64,000 nucleotides of DNA from Azolla caroliniana (taxonomy: Eukaryota; Plantae; Polypodiophyta). The DNA is taken from assembly GCA_043228905.1 (NCBI GenBank), contig JBHGNT010000016.1:12648001-12712000 (forward strand). Reading direction: 5' to 3'. Shown piece after piece: positions 49,143 to 63,940 of the stretch; the stretch's first letter is position 1; every line of letters starts with the position of its first letter. The notes under the pieces were generated by a model. It did no database searches, was not told the DNA's origin, and was given only the letters and a program-made list of their open reading frames with translations. The position numbers and the translations under genes are program-made.

Positions 49143-52100
49143 ATGGCGCCTTCTCCTGCTTCCTCTCTCTCCATAGCCGGGGAGAGGGGCAGCTTATCGT
49201 TCGCTAGCATAGCTAGCCCCCGTGGCCTTCTCAGCCCTTTCCATCAGCAGAGCCATGGCGTGGCTTCATCACCCACAGGCAGTGCAGGGGGCCGTCGCTC
49301 ATCGCTCAGCGGTCATTACGTCCCTGTCTCTCAGAGTGATGAGCATCATCATCATCATCAACATGGCGAGGAGGATGAAGCTACCTCGACGCTCAATTAC
49401 ACAGTCCATATCCCTCCCACTCCCGACAATCGGCCCATGTCCTGCACGCCTTCCGTCGCTCAACTGCAACAGCGCGGCCATGGCGATGGATCCAAGCCTT
49501 CTGCCGCCGCGCCTACCTCTGTCTCTCGGCAGCAAGAGTTCGTCTCCAACACCATCTTCACGGGGGGCTTCCAGAGCATGACCAGGGGCCATGTCATGGA
49601 GAAGATGACAGAGTGTGGGAGCTCGGCGCAGCCGCCCATGGCGTGCTCCAAATGCCCATCTGTGTGCGAGATTCTTGGTTGTGATGGGAAGGTAATGTGC
49701 GATGAAACAGGCGAGGCCATGGCTCCTTGCGAATGCGGCTACGCCATCTGCAGGGACTGCTACATGGAAGCGTTAGGATCGGGTGGGAAATGCAGTGGAT
49801 GCAAGCACTTCTACAAGGCAGCAGATCCAGACAGACAGGACCTACGCCGACGCAGCAGAGACGACGACGACGACGACGAAGAAGAAGAAGAAGATGAGTC
49901 TGATTCGTTCAGAGTACCTCCTCCCATGTCTAAAGAGCAAGCATTCGAGCGAAGGCTGTCACTGCTGAAATCTTTCAAAGCGAGCAATCCACCTCTGCTG
50001 ATGGGGAAGCACACCTCAGAGTTCGATCATGCGCGATGGCTATTCGAGAGCAAAGGGACCTACGGCTATGGAAACGCTGTGTGGCCCAAGGATTCGGCGT
50101 ACCTGGGGGGAGGAGGGAGCGCGCCTCCGGACTTCGGGAAAGCTCATCGAAGGCAGCCTCTGTCGCGAAAGAAGGGCATCTCTGCAGGAATCATCAGCCC
50201 ATACAGGTAAAGAATCAGAGACATGGTAGGGTTTTGGTGCAGACAGAATCTGTTATGTGACATCTCTGTGTTCTTCTACAGGTTGCTGGCCTTCTTCCGG
50301 CTCGCTGCAATCTGCCTATTCCTGACATGGCGGATCCGGCATCCCAACAGAGAAGCCATGTGGCTGTGGGGCATGTCCATCGTCTGCGAGATATGGTTCG
50401 CCTTCTCCTGGCTCCTGGATCAGCTCCCCAAGCTCGCGCCTGTAACTCGGAGCACCGATCTGAGTGCTCTCGCGGAGAAGTTCGAGCGGCGGCCATCGCC
50501 ATCGAACCCTGCAGGAAGGTCGGATCTGCCGGGAATCGACGTCTTCGTCTCCACCGCAGACCCCGACAAGGAGCCCCCCTTGGTCACAGCCAACACCGTC
50601 CTCTCCATCTTGGCTGCAGATTACCCCGTCGAGAAGCTCGCCTGCTATGTCTCTGATGATGGCGGCGCCCTGCTCAGCTTCGAATCCCTTGCAGAGGCGG
50701 CCAGCTTCGCCAGGGTTTGGGTCCCCTTCTGCAGGAAGCACAGCATTGAGCCTCGCAACCCTGAGACGTACTTCCTGTTGAGAGGCGACCCCACCAAGAA
50801 CAAGGTGAGGACCGATTTTGTACGTGACAGGAGGAGGGTGAAGAGAGAATACGACGAGTTCAAGGTGAGGATCAATGGCCTTGCAGAGTCGATCAGAAGA
50901 AGATCGGATGCTTACAATGCCCATGAGGAAATCAGAGCCAAGCGGGCGCAGATAGAGATGGCTACCGATCCTTCTCTGCAGGCTAAGTATGTGAAGGCGA
51001 CGTGGATGGCCGACGGAACCCACTGGCCGGGAACATGGAACGTGGCAGCGAAAGATCATAGCAGAGGAGACCATGCCGGTGTAATTCAGGTAAGATCAAG
51101 AAAACACAGTAGAATGAAAGGGTTTAGAGATTAGGGATGAGGGTTCAGGTATGTGTGGGTTGGTTCATCAGGTAATGAATGCCTGTGATTCAGGTAAGCT
51201 CCTTGTTTCAGGAAAACACAGTGGAAAGATAGGGTTTAGGTTTAGGGTTTATGTATGTGTGAGCTCATCATCAGGTAATGGCTCTGTCTGCAGGTCATGC
51301 TCACCCCACCTGCGAGCGATCCCGTCTTCATCAGGAATTCAGAAGATCAGCTGATCGACACGTCCGGTATAGATATCAGGCTCCCGATGCTCGTCTACGT
51401 CTCTCGCGAGAAGAGACCTGGCTATGACCACAACAAGAAGGCAGGCGCCATGAATGCTCTGGTTCGAACCTCTGCCATTATGTCCAATGGCCCCTTCATC
51501 CTCAACCTCGACTGCGACCATTACGTCTACAATTCCCTGGCGATGAAGGAGGCCATGTGCTTCATGATGGACAGAGGCGGGGATCGCATCTGCTATGTCC
51601 AGTTCCCTCAGAGGTTCGAAGGCGTGGATCCGAACGATCGCTATGCGAACCACAACACGGTCTTCTTCGATGTGAACATGCGGGCTTTGGATGGACTGCA
51701 GGGTCCCATGTATGTCGGGACAGGGTGCGTGTTCCGAAGGATCGCGCTCTACGGCTTCGACCCCCCCAGGGCAACAGAGACCGGAGGCTGCTGTGGGAGG
51801 AGGAAGAAGAAGGTCCAGTGCAAGAGATCGTCTTGGCTGAATCGGCTGCGTCTGCCGAGAGGAGGAGGCAATGGTCTGTCTTCTTCTGGTCAGGCTATGG
51901 AGGGGGAGGAAGGCGAGAGCGAGGATATGGAAGCTCAGCTGATTCCCCGCAGGTTTGGCAGCTCGGCTACCTTGGTGGCTTCCATACCGGTGGCGGAGCT
52001 GGAAGGCAAGCCTCTGGCGGACTATGCGGGGGCTGCCAACGGCCGTCCGTCGGGCCTCCTGACCTCTCCCCACGAGCCGCTCGATGCGGGCACAGTGGCG

Positions 52101-53111
52101 GAGGCCATCAACGTGGTGTCGTGTTGGTACGAGGAGAAGACGGAGTGGGGGCTGAGCGTGGGGTGGATCTACGGGTCGGTCACGGAGGATGTGGTGACGG
52201 GCTACCGGATGCATGACCGCGGGTGGAGGTCGGTGTACTGCGTGACCAAGCGGGATGCATTCCGTGGCACGGCCCCCATTAACCTCACCGATCGGCTCCA
52301 CCAGGTCCTCCGCTGGGCCACAGGGTCGGTCGAGATCTTCTTCTCCCGCAACAATGCTCTCTTCGCATCCCGCCGGCTCAAGCCCCTCCAGAGAGTGGCA
52401 TACCTCAATGTCGGCCTCTACCCCTTCACCAGCCTCTTCCTCATCGTCTACTGCTTCCTCCCCGCGCTCTCCCTCGTGACCGGCCAGTTCATCGTGCAGA
52501 GCGTGGGCCTCACGTTCTTGGTCTTGCTGCTCGCCATCACCGTGTCCATGTGCTCGCTAGCCCTGCTGGAGATCAAGTGGTCGGGCATCACGCTCCACGA
52601 GTGGTGGAGGAATGAGCAGTTTTGGTTGACGGGCGGGACGTCGGCCCACCTGGCGGCCGTCCTGCAGGGGCTGCTCAAGGTAGTGGCCGGGGTGGACATC
52701 AATTTCACGCTCACAGCCAAGGCGGCCACTTCGGAGGATGCCATAGATGAGTATGCAGAGCTGTACGTGGTGCGCTGGTCCGCGCTCATGATCCCGCCCC
52801 TCACGATCATCATGACCAATATCATAGCTATCGCCATAGCCGTCGGCAGGACATTGTACAGCAGAGTCCCCGACTGGAGCAAGCTCCTGGGCGGCGTGTT
52901 CTTCAGCTTCTGGGTCCTCGCCCATCTCTATCCTTTCGCCAAGGGCCTCATGGGACGCCGCAGGCGGACTCCGACCATCGTGTTCGTGTGGTCGGGTCTC
53001 CTCGCAATCATTATCTCCCTCATGTGGGTCTCCATCTCATCATCATCCTCATCTTCTTCTTCTTCTTCTTCGGGAGGAGGCCTGCAGATCCAGCCATTCC
53101 AGTTCCCTTAA
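49143..53111 (+). CDS. CSLD: Cellulose synthase-like D protein (GT2), 3 exons
   Basis: Exons 49143-50206, 50282-51089, 51294-53111. [29 protein letters not shown]-like Cys cluster, [38 protein letters not shown], transmembrane helices, FQFP*. Confidence 0.97.
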
Positions 53112-56100
53112 TCATCCAATCAATCATCAATCCACTAAAAGCTAAGCTAAGCCATTCTCGAGATGCTTGCTTTGCTGTCAATGAAAGCTGTCAATGAAAA
53201 TTCGGATTCTCAGTATGTTGTGCACCATACCATTAGCCACTTACTTTCTTTGTTCATCAGATAGATTGCTTCCCCTCTAGCAATCGAACCAAAAAAACTG
53301 TCTTCTTCCTCTCCATTCATTGTCATGATTGATCTTCTTTTTTAAATAATTCAATTGGCAAGAAAGAAAGATTCTTCTTCTTCTTCTTCTTCTTCTATAT
53401 TTTGCTTGAAGTAGGTGATGAGGTTAATTGATCTACTGTTGCTAGAACGTAGATTTTAGGGTTTCTGTTGCGATTTAATAACGTTGCCAAGCCCCCTGCA
53501 TATATACATGATTTGTCTCGGAAAATTGCTGTCATATCATTACTGTCCATGTCGAGTTGGATCATTGATATCGATCCATAAAACCGAAACCCTAATTTTT
53601 TTGGAACAAAAATCTAACATGAAACCGCGAATCCCCCTAATTGGATATCAAAATAAAATAAATACACACACCAATTCAGATGATGACGACGAATATTGAA
53701 AGGAAGACAATTCATTCCGCCAATTCGTTCCGACATCAGTAAAGAATTTAATGACAATGAATGAATGAATGAATCTTCTTCTGTTCTCTTCAAATGTTGG
53801 GCGATCGACATTCATGTTCGTTAAAGTTTAGGAACGGAGGAACATCATCCAACAATTAATAATAATATGAATTAGCTACTGTTTGTTTATTATTGATCAC
53901 AATCACCAACCAAATAAATGTGTCTGTCTTGTCGTAGTAACAAAATGAGTGGGGCCAAATGAAGAAGAAAGTCCCCCATACATAATAAAACATACAACCA
54001 CCAAATGTGGTTGTCCCATACTCTTTCTTTATTTACTACATACAACCACCAAATGTGTCTATCTAACTAGTTTGAAGAAGAAGTCCCGTGTCTATCTAAC
54101 TAGTTTGATCTCCCAGACACACAAGTTTTGTCGGATCGGATCGCATGCTGTGTTCCTTTTGTCGGGATGATCAGTCAATCATGACTTCTATATGTATTTC
54201 TTTCGTGGAGCCACATGTTGTGACACGACATTCTTTCGTTTGCTCTGGGCTTGAGGTCAGGTCGATCCCCCGATATTTTCTTCGATGTTCTTTATATGTT
54301 TTGTGTATTCGTGATTTGGTAACCTGAGACCTGAGAATTTAATTTCTCTCAACAAGTGCTAGTAGTGCTAACAATGCCCACAAGTACATCACTAGGATTG
54401 TGGTGCTACCTGCATTCATTTATTGTGGTTTGAGCGATTCCAAGTTCCAACATCTTTCGTTTTTCGCGTCACTCCTTAGCTCACCGTCTTCTTCGGCTTC
54501 TTGTCATATTTCTACTGGTTTTGCTCTCTTTATTTGTCCTTGGATTTCTCTTTTTCTTTGTCAAGCACCGATTAGTAGTGGGCCTTTCGAAAAGGACTTT
54601 TTTGTCAACGAATACAACTAACACTTCCCTTGGAGCACCTTTACTATTTTGAGTTGATCTTTGAAAGGAGGCAACTTCAATTATTGAGCAATTCTTGTTG
54701 TTTTGGAATATTCTTACTCAATGAGTCAATTCTTTCCAATGAAAATGTTTTTTTCCTCCATATTGTTTTGTTGTCAAATGATCATAGGAGGATGTTTAAG
54801 TTGGAATGGGCATATCGTCACCCAATTGCACCAAGAACGCTTATTGTTCGATGACATATGATACTCAATTATAATATTGTGACGACATAATAACAAATAC
54901 AATTGATACATTTAGGTTATTTTCATGAAAGAACTTCATGATTGATTGATCCACATCATTGTTATCATCAAATCAAAATTTATTTTACTACCACTATGAC
55001 ATGAACCCTAGGGAGAGGAAGAGAATATGATTAATCATAATGAGATGTGATTCAACAACTTTTATTACATAGCTTTTCTTATGGGGATAGACTTTCATTT
55101 TTACGAAACTACAAGGAATGGTTTCAAATGTTAACATTAAACTCTAATGATCTAAAACGAGCCCAACATCTTCTAAAAAAGCAAACCACTTTTCTTTATT
55201 TGTTTTAGGCTAACGTAGCCAAAATCTATCCATAGTTTGCCTAACTTTAACTTCAAATTGGAAGGCGTAATTGGCACCAACAATTCAAATCCTTTTTCTA
55301 GGTTTGTATAATTAAAGTATTGCAAGGCATGAGTAGCACAAATGATTCCAACCCTTTTCCTACTAGTCCTATAATATCTTCTTGTGATATGATTGCCATG
55401 AACCTCTATTATGAAGTGTGACATGTACAAGTAAAGCACGATACTTTTCATGGCCTAGATATAGTTGTTGAATATCAATGATTATTTACAATAATCATCC
55501 ATGGATAATTAAACAATGAGACATAGATAAAGGTTATAATTTATGAACCTCTATGTATGTGTGTGAGTGACATGGTACAATTAAAACTCCATACTTTTCA
55601 TGACCTAGATATAGTTGATGAATACCAATGATTGTTTACAACAATCATCCGTGGACAATTACACGATGAAACACGGATAATTCCTCTGAACCTCGGTATG
55701 TGTGGATTATACAAATAAAACACACCATGGGTAATTGTTATGAACCTCAGTACATGCATGATTCCCAATAACAAAATTACAACATTTTTTATGCCCAAAA
55801 TACAATCGTTGAATGTTGATTGCGTTGGAACCAGAGCATCCTCATTCTGTGTATACACAAGTTTGCAAGGCGACTGAGCTATTTCTTTTAATTTTATCTT
55901 TTTTTGTTTTTACGTAAGTTCAATTGACTCTTAGTCACAAGTTTTGTGGAAGTAAATGGCTCGGCTTTAATGATTTGAAAGAATATTTGTTTCAGAGATA
56001 GGATGGAAACGTATCATTCCTTTCCTTATCATTATGCCCTCCTATTACAAAAAAACGAGACTTGAAGAGTGCTTAGGCCCATGGATCGCAATGCACTTAA

Positions 56101-56205
56101 TGCTCTCGATGAAATGATAAGAGAGTTTTTTTACGATCAAACAAATGTTAGATTTTCTTTTTCTGATGTTGGAAATGAACTTTTTATTCTAGCCAATTTT
56201 GGGGC

Positions 56206-58214
56206 TCAAGAATCTTGAATAGGAACAAGCTCCAAGTCTCCACCATAGATGGTCGGGATTTGATCCTTGTCAGCCTCTTCTAGTAGCAACTCTTCAACAT
56301 TGGCATCTTCCACAAGCATTACCTAGAAGTTGACAAACCAAAAATTATAAAGTGTGTCATGACAATTTATTTATATACTCACAAATAACTAGCCAATTCG
56401 ACAAAGAGTTGATTGAAACCATGTGAAAAAGTGAACCTTTTTCCTTGTGTTTTTGTCTATAAATGGAGACACAACCCTCCATGCCCCCCAAAATAGATAT
56501 GGCAAATGCACTAAAAACAACTTCCTAAGCCGTTCGGGGTAGTGATTCTGCAATCATTTCAAGAACCAAAGAAAAGAGAATATTAAAATGACATAGAGAG
56601 CACGATTAAATTCACAAAAGCTTCTCCATTTGTGGGATGAGTGGCACGTCTAGCGTGTCTATAAATCATTTATTATTTCTTTTGTTCTACCGAGGCACAC
56701 TGATTCATAAACATTTTTCGGCATTGTATAATAGATCTTTACAGGTTCGTTCATTAATAGATCTTTCCATTCTGGCTATGTCTAAAAAAACAAAACATAC
56801 TTGCCATTTGACAACGTACCAAACTATCAAAGTGAGTGTTTACATTTTTACTATGACTATTGAACCATTCTATGAGGAATCTACATCATCGTTTTGCTTG
56901 AGAAAACAAAAACCATGGGCTCTGACAATTGATGATGCATGAGATTATTCTTATTAGGGAGCATAGGGAGGAATCGCAAAAATGCACTAGAACAACAACA
57001 ATTCGGATATCGCGCTCGTTTTTTACCGTTTCGATTGAATGCAACAATATAAAGTATAAAAGAGAATCAAGAGAATTGTGCATCTTTAGTTGAGAGTTTT
57101 GTTTACTTGTAATAAGTCAAGCACTGCTAAGTAACCTTGGATGTCCATGTTTGCTAATCCCCAGTCCTTGAGATCTCCTATGATTGTGAATTTTCCTTCT
57201 TCGCCTTTGTTACTGCATTCAAAAAACCAAGGGCATTAGAAACACACAACAACAAAATTGTGCTTGTTTTGATGAAATCAATCCGAGGAAGTAAAATACA
57301 CGAGCCTTCAAACCCTAATACCTCATGGTCGCTTTGTCGAACGTATAAACGAAGTAACCTACATCAACAATCACAATCATTGTCGAACGGAAGAATGTCA
57401 TCACACACTATGTTTTATCTTTCTCCTTCATATGAAGAGAGAAATTATTGTAACTAGGGAGCATAGACATACATACGTTTGATTTCTTCGAGATCTCGTT
57501 CGTATGCATGATGCCTCGAGGTGAGAATTACAATAATCGGGCAACCATACTTGTCGTGGCCTTGCATGAAGGTCTGCTTCCTGTCAAGCTCTTTGGTGAT
57601 CCCTTGCTTGTCGATGAATCCATGGGGCACAAATGACCGTCTCCACTTGAGGTGTTGGACCATAAACTTTGCAGCCTTCACTTCATCGTTGTCTCTCGCG
57701 TGTAGGAACCGCAAGAAATCGGCATCTCTGATGCCCTATAATATTTAGGGAACCGAGACAAAATTGTCGTGAGATCCGAGAGAAAAATGCACCAAACAAT
57801 TGAGTTAGATTGATAGTAGCATAGAAACAAAAGTTCTAGTTCAATTGCTGAGGGTACCACAAATCAATGAGTTTCTGGTAGTCACACACATACACAAGAT
57901 TCTTAAAATGGGCATCCGATTTAGGTTCTTTTTGGAAGGAATTGAAATTAGGGTTTGTTAAGGACTAGAATTAGGGTTTTTCTTTAAAAAGATTGGTTTT
58001 AGAAAATGGGCATGAAAATTAGGGCTTGTTTTTTTCTTTTTAATGAGCATTAAAACATAGGTAAAAAAGTTAGAATTAGGGGTTGTTTTACATGTTGAAA
58101 TCAGAATTAGGGCTTGATTTTCAATTTTATTTTGAACTGATTTACTTTTGTACATACCTCTGCGGAAGGATCCATCTGTAGAACCAGAGCTTTCATGGAA
58201 AGCAAGAGCTCCAT
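56206..58214 (-). CDS. Sec14/CRAL-TRIO lipid-transfer protein, 6 exons
   Basis: Exons about 58214-58158, 57735-57477, 57358-57322, 57212-57107, about 56547-56437, about 56322-56206. Motifs FLRFLHARD.D..KAAK..LKWRR, QGHDKYGCPI, GDLKDWGLANMD, QNHYPERL, SPFIDKNTRKK, QIPTIYGG. Start codon is uncertain. Confidence 0.88.
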
Positions 58215-60878
58215 TAGCCTCCAAGGGGGGGGGGGGGTTGAGAATGAAGCAAAAGTATATCTTTCTCTCCTATTTATTCTCTGTCTCTGTGTTGTTGCCT
58301 GTAAATCTTTGAGAGAAACAGGGGAATTAAATGAATGAAGGTGAAACCGTGTAAAATACAAGGGAAAGAAGAAAGTGGCCAAAGAGAAATCAAAAACTTC
58401 AACATAATCTAAGTTTCTTATTTCTTCTCCTTTTCAAATACCACAAAGATTTGTGTTTTTCATACATATATTTATATACGAAGACAAGTAAAGAAAAAGA
58501 TAAGACAAGGACTTGAGCACTAGCTCTTTTTTTTGGTAGCAATTTAGAAGAACTTGTCCCACAAAGTCTCGCTCGTGTCTTGGGTTGGTTTGTGGCCATA
58601 GATTTCGTTCTCATTGAATTTTCAAAACCTTTTTTTGCCTTCACTCCTTCGACGACGTCATGTTGAGATGTGGTTCCAGAATCGTGCACAACTTTTTCAT
58701 CGATAATATATAAAGAGAATGATAAAGACATATAGTTGAACCTGCACACACATTGGCTCTTTTAGCAATTTTTGAGAGCCCACAACAAATCAAGCCCGGG
58801 TTCATGTGTGGCCATATATTTCAACTTCTTTAGCCCTAACCCTAACCCATCTCACGTCATATTAATATTACTACGTGGCTCTGCAAATGTGCTCACCTTT
58901 TTGCAAGAAGAAGAAGAAAAAAAGTAGTTGACATAAATCCTGAACCTATCTATGCTATATTGGTACCTCTATATCTTAAACGTAGTTTGGTTGGTGGTTT
59001 AATGTACATGACATCTAAACAACCACTTTCTACATTTTAGACAAAGAACCCATCGAGCAAAACTATCTCTTGTTGAGGGTGTGAGATGTGATCCACGAGC
59101 ACAAAAACAACACAAAAATACAAAATCAAATATCTCCAACTAATTTGATTAAACACCAAGTGTAATTGGATACCTTTTTTGAGCTATTGATTTGAAAATA
59201 TTTGATTATTTTGGATTTACTAATGTGGCTATTGGGCTTAGTTTTCAAATTTGACCATTGAGCTATCTATGTAAAGTTTCAAGGAAGACGAACTAATAGT
59301 TTACCAATATAATTGATCAAATAGACCAAACTCAATCCATTTTTGAAACACTCAAAGCATCACCCTGATTTTTTCATTCATTGAGTTGGTTCCTTTCCAA
59401 CTTAATGTAGTTAACTGTATTTTAACTAGTGTACTTCATGTATGCATTGAGGAACAAAGAGGGTATGAAAAAAAAAAAAACTAATGGTTACTTTTTTCTT
59501 TGAATACTCTTTGAATTTTGTAGCTTTTTCAATTGCATTGGGTTTTTTCACATCGTGTAACAACTCTTTCTATTCCTTTTTCCCTTTCCTTAGTGCTACA
59601 CTAGTTTCTTAATTTTCGACCAAAAGATTAATGAATGCACACTTCTAAGTGGTGTCGTTTATGAGTTTGAATCGCACATGTTCAAGATGAGGACATTGGG
59701 TTAGAGGATGGAGTTGAGAATATTGGTTGGTCGAGAGGCAAATATAATGGATTGAACTAATGACTAGCATTTTTAATAAAAGAATTGGTTCACCAGCAAA
59801 ACTAGAGAGAACAGAGTGCGATTCTTCCCTCGTAGAGAAATCACTATAGCTTTTGGGGGAAGAACTGCATTGCGGTTCCCTTGGAACTATTGACTTAAGA
59901 ATTCGATGACTCATCGATAGGGCCATGCCCAGAGCGATTTGAACTATCCTGGATTCGAAGTTAGGTGCTTGAGCTACAGACACAAGTTGACCGTACAAAC
60001 CGAACAGAGGATATAAAATCTAACATGATGCTTAGAAGGTTATAAGATCAGACCAAACATTTCCAAGAAAATGAATGTAAAGCATTGAAAGAAAGAGCGT
60101 TGCTTAGTCGCTAGCTTTGGCCGCATTTACGACGACCCAAAGATGAACTTGCGGGTCTTAGCTTATTACCATGACAATGTTATGGATTGACTGTTACTTG
60201 TGCTAAGTAACGAGTTTTAGTTTTGGGTGTCATTTTCGAAATATATATAGTAATTGGTTCATGTCAGTACAACCCATATGGCACCCTCTCTTAATGTATT
60301 ACTCTTGGCATGGCCACGGCTGGGTAGGTGCAAATTCTTCAATCTATGCGCCTGCTGCCCTATCATATAGTCTATTATATATATAGGTGAATGCTCACTG
60401 CCATGAGTACCAAGGACGGGAAAGGTAATGTATAACAACATATATGTTGGCATCAAGATCCAAATTTCGTCATTAGATGAGAGAAAACTGTTGATGGGTG
60501 GGAGGTGGAGCGAAGAATGGCTCCAACCCCCTCCCAAGGGCGTTCGAATGTGAGAGGAGAGAGGGAGAGACATATAGAGAATGAGAGGAAAAATCGAGAC
60601 AGACACAGTTGAGGGGTAACTTCAATATATGTCTCCTTTTGATGCCCCATGGGTGGGGTTTAAATAGTACAAGATATGATGAAGACATTACAAAAAGCCG
60701 AATGGGGGTAGTTACACCTACTTACCCCACTCTTTTATATTTGTACACATCAAGCCAAATATGCATGACATGTACACACACGCGCGCACATGATTTGTGA
60801 AAGTTGTTCCTCTCATATGGATTACCCATGAAAGGAAAGATATAAAGGCTCGAACCGTTACTAAAAACTATTAAAGAG

Positions 60879-60883
60879 TGTCA

Positions 60884-60914
<31 letters not shown>

Positions 60915-61961
60915 GAGAGAGAGATAATTGAATGGAAAGTATTATATTGCACTAGAAGATGGATTACAAAGAAAGCGCTCTAGAATGGTGTTGAACCAAT
61001 TTGGTTTTGAGATGATTAATAAATGCCTATTTATAAGTTCCTATAGGGTATTCTAGAAGGTTCTCAAATATAGAGTATTCTCAAAATTTCTAGAATATAG
61101 AACATGCTAGAATATTCTAGAACTTTCTAGAATACAAAGTACTCTAGAATATTCTTATGATATTCTATATATTTAGATTATTTATTCTTTATATTATGTA
61201 TATAAACATATTATTACAATGGCTAAGGATTTGACACGTAATAACAAGGTTGTGGGATTAAATCCTTTTGAGGCATCATGTGAGTGTCATCATGACACTA
61301 TCCCCCTTCTTCGACGACACGTATCAAGGGTCATATGGTTTGTACTAGGACCTGGTTTACGAGGATATTGGCAATGAAATTCGGTGACCATGTCCGCGGC
61401 ATTGGCAAGATTTGCTGCAGGTTCCCAAGTTCGATTATTGGGTGTATAGCCTAACCACTCAACCAAGTAATACAACTTGTTGCGCACGAGTTTGGAATCG
61501 AGAATGACAACAACCTCAAATTCTGGTCCTTCCAAGAACTCAACAGGTTGTGGGGGAGTTGTAAGACGACCCTGAATTGAACTTGTGGTGTAATTTTCCA
61601 AAAGGGATACATGAAACACCTAGTGAAGACGCATGTGAAGAGGTATGCCAAGAAGAAATGCAACATCACTTCTCTTACTAGTGATCACGTACGGGCCAAA
61701 GAGTTGGTAATCCAATTTACCGCAAGGCCAAGTGGTCTTGATGTTGTTTTGGAGAAGCCATACAAGATCCCCACCGCGAAACTTTACGAAGGAGTCTGGG
61801 CGATGACGATATGCAATCCTCTTGTGTGTAAGTTGAGCATCATGCAAATTGTGGAGAATCGTAGCGTGAATTTCTTGGAGGCGACTAAGACGATCCTCAA
61901 CAACAGGGTTGGTAGGAACTTCCAGATGCTCATTCATTGTCCAACGAGGATGGCAACCCGT
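60879..61961 (-). mobile_element. Chromovirus 3' remnant (integrase C-terminus, chromodomain, PPT, LTR)
   Basis: KLDYQLFGPY, FHVSLLE, EFEVVVILDSK..YYLVEWLGY..TWEP, PPT AGAAGGGGGATAG, LTR 60879-61297 (TGTCA...TGACA). Confidence 0.87.
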
Positions 61962-63940
61962 TGTCGTGGGAAATTCCGGCTACGGGGGGGAAAGGTAACC
62001 GAATGCGCGTGAACAAGGGAGTGCGTGGATGCACTCAAATATGCTTTAATGTATAAAAACGTGTAAATAACATAGGATTAGTAAATACTAGGGACTAGGA
62101 TTTATTAAGTACTTTAAGTGTTCGCACGGATAGAGTGGAATATGGGAGTTTGACGCGAGGAGATCGAGGAAAATCTCTGTCTAGAGCGGCGGTTTAATTA
62201 CCTGATGTAACAACCCTCTCTCTCCTTGGTTTATAAAGGGAGGGAGAGAGGACTGAGAGGGGGTATCGCGTTTTCTTTTGGGGAGGAGAATGAACTGATG
62301 TCAGTCCGGGAATCGAGCACTTGCCCTCTGTCTTTGTATTCTCTGTGTGGTGATTTGTTCGGTCGGATGCCTCTGCTCGCGTAGGAAGCTCGTGTGCTCC
62401 TAATAGAGGCTCCCCGTTGCATCTCAGTGCTCGCATGCATGCATTGTTCGTTGATCCCGGTAGAGTCAGTTGTGTTCTGTGCGGCCATGAGCCTAGAGTT
62501 CCCGGTCACGAACCGTCTATCTCTTCTTCTTCTTCTTCTTTTACGCTCCTTGGTTCGAGGTCCCCGCTGTCCTGCCCAACTTCACACGCATACACGTAAT
62601 TACACGACATAACTTTGGTGAACCCGACGTGAAACATGCGGAAGAGGAGTTCCGAAGATGAGGGGAAGTGATCTCGCCAAAGCCATGACGGTAGCTGTTG
62701 ACCCCCTAGTAAGCGCTCGTGAGGGCACGAGTGCCCTTGACAGGGCCATCGGATCGATTGTTGGCACAATAGGTCGATTTGGTGGGAAGAACGCGACAAG
62801 TTATCTTGAGGCCAACCGGGCCGAGATGTTAATGAGGGACATCCTAGAGGACAGACGATTGTGGGTGCTACGGAGGAAGATATGTTTTGTAGTATGCCAA
62901 TTTCTCTTGGAAGAAGTGTTCTGCAGGTACGGGTGCGTAGGATAAGTGATTGCGAATCGGGGAGAACTTGACTCTGATAAAGCTAGGGAATTCTTCGCCA
63001 AACATGGAGTACGGTTAACACTAACCAGGACATACAATCCGGAAGCCAACGGGAAGATAAAACGAGGACATAGTGCAATCATTAAAGCAATTGCAAAAGC
63101 ATGCGACGGAAGGGTGAAGAATTGACCGCAGATGCTTCCGCATGCACTATGGGCAGGTCACCCAACACATAGTTCCGTGACCGGTTATATGCCAACGGAA
63201 CTTATGACCGGCCAAGCACTGGTAATGCTGGTGGAACCCGCAATTGCGACATGGACAATCCTGCCATGGAAGGAAGGTATGAGCCGGGAAGAACTACTAG
63301 TGGTTCACATACGCCAACTAGAGAGAAGACCGGAAGACATAGCGGAAGCAATACGCCGACAACAAGAAGTGCGGTTCCTGAACAAAAGGCGATTCGACAC
63401 AAAGCACCGTCTACGACCACAGAAGATTGAAGAAGGAGATTGGGTGATAGTCTATGACAGTAGTTTGGATCATCAACACACAATGATCCGGAAATTCACT
63501 AAAAGGTGGTTTGGATAATACGAAGTTCGGAAAGTTTTTGACAACGGGACCTACCAACTAAGTGAGTTTGATGGAATAGTACTACGGGTGCCTATAGCGG
63601 GGAAACGGGTGAAGATTTTCAAGAAGTGAATTGACGACGAACCCTGCGTGACCTTAGAAAAGACCGTCAGTGAGGAGCAATAGGGGAATAGACAGAGGGT
63701 GATTCGGATGAAGAATAGTAACAAGCAAGTACTGGAAACTTTGGCACATACCGGAAGATGCGTAGGTTTGGAGGGGGTGAGTGTCATCGTGTACTTTGTA
63801 CACTACGTAAAATATGTGTGGAGTACCTGATTACTAAGTATAAAGAAATAGGAGAAAATACTACAATAATTATTTTACATGCATAAGACAAGATTTGAAC
63901 CTTGTACCTCCATGTTAACGATTTTAAGCTTTACCATAGA
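61962..63940 (+). mobile_element. Internally deleted Ty3/gypsy element with tRNA-Trp PBS
   Basis: LTR 61962-62609 (TGTCGTG...CACGACA), PBS TGGTGAACCCGACGTGA (62616-62632), gag start fused to integrase (EEVFCRYG..YNPEANGK..ALWA..KRWFG*Y), PPT GGAGGGGGTGAG, and TG at 63782. Confidence 0.82.

Noticed and set aside
50316-52925. Long antisense and alternate-frame ORFs over CSLD
   Set aside because: Shadow ORFs caused by GC-rich codon usage.
55440-55710. About 150-bp imperfect tandem duplication downstream of Sec14
   Set aside because: Old AT-rich duplication with no coding or structural signal.
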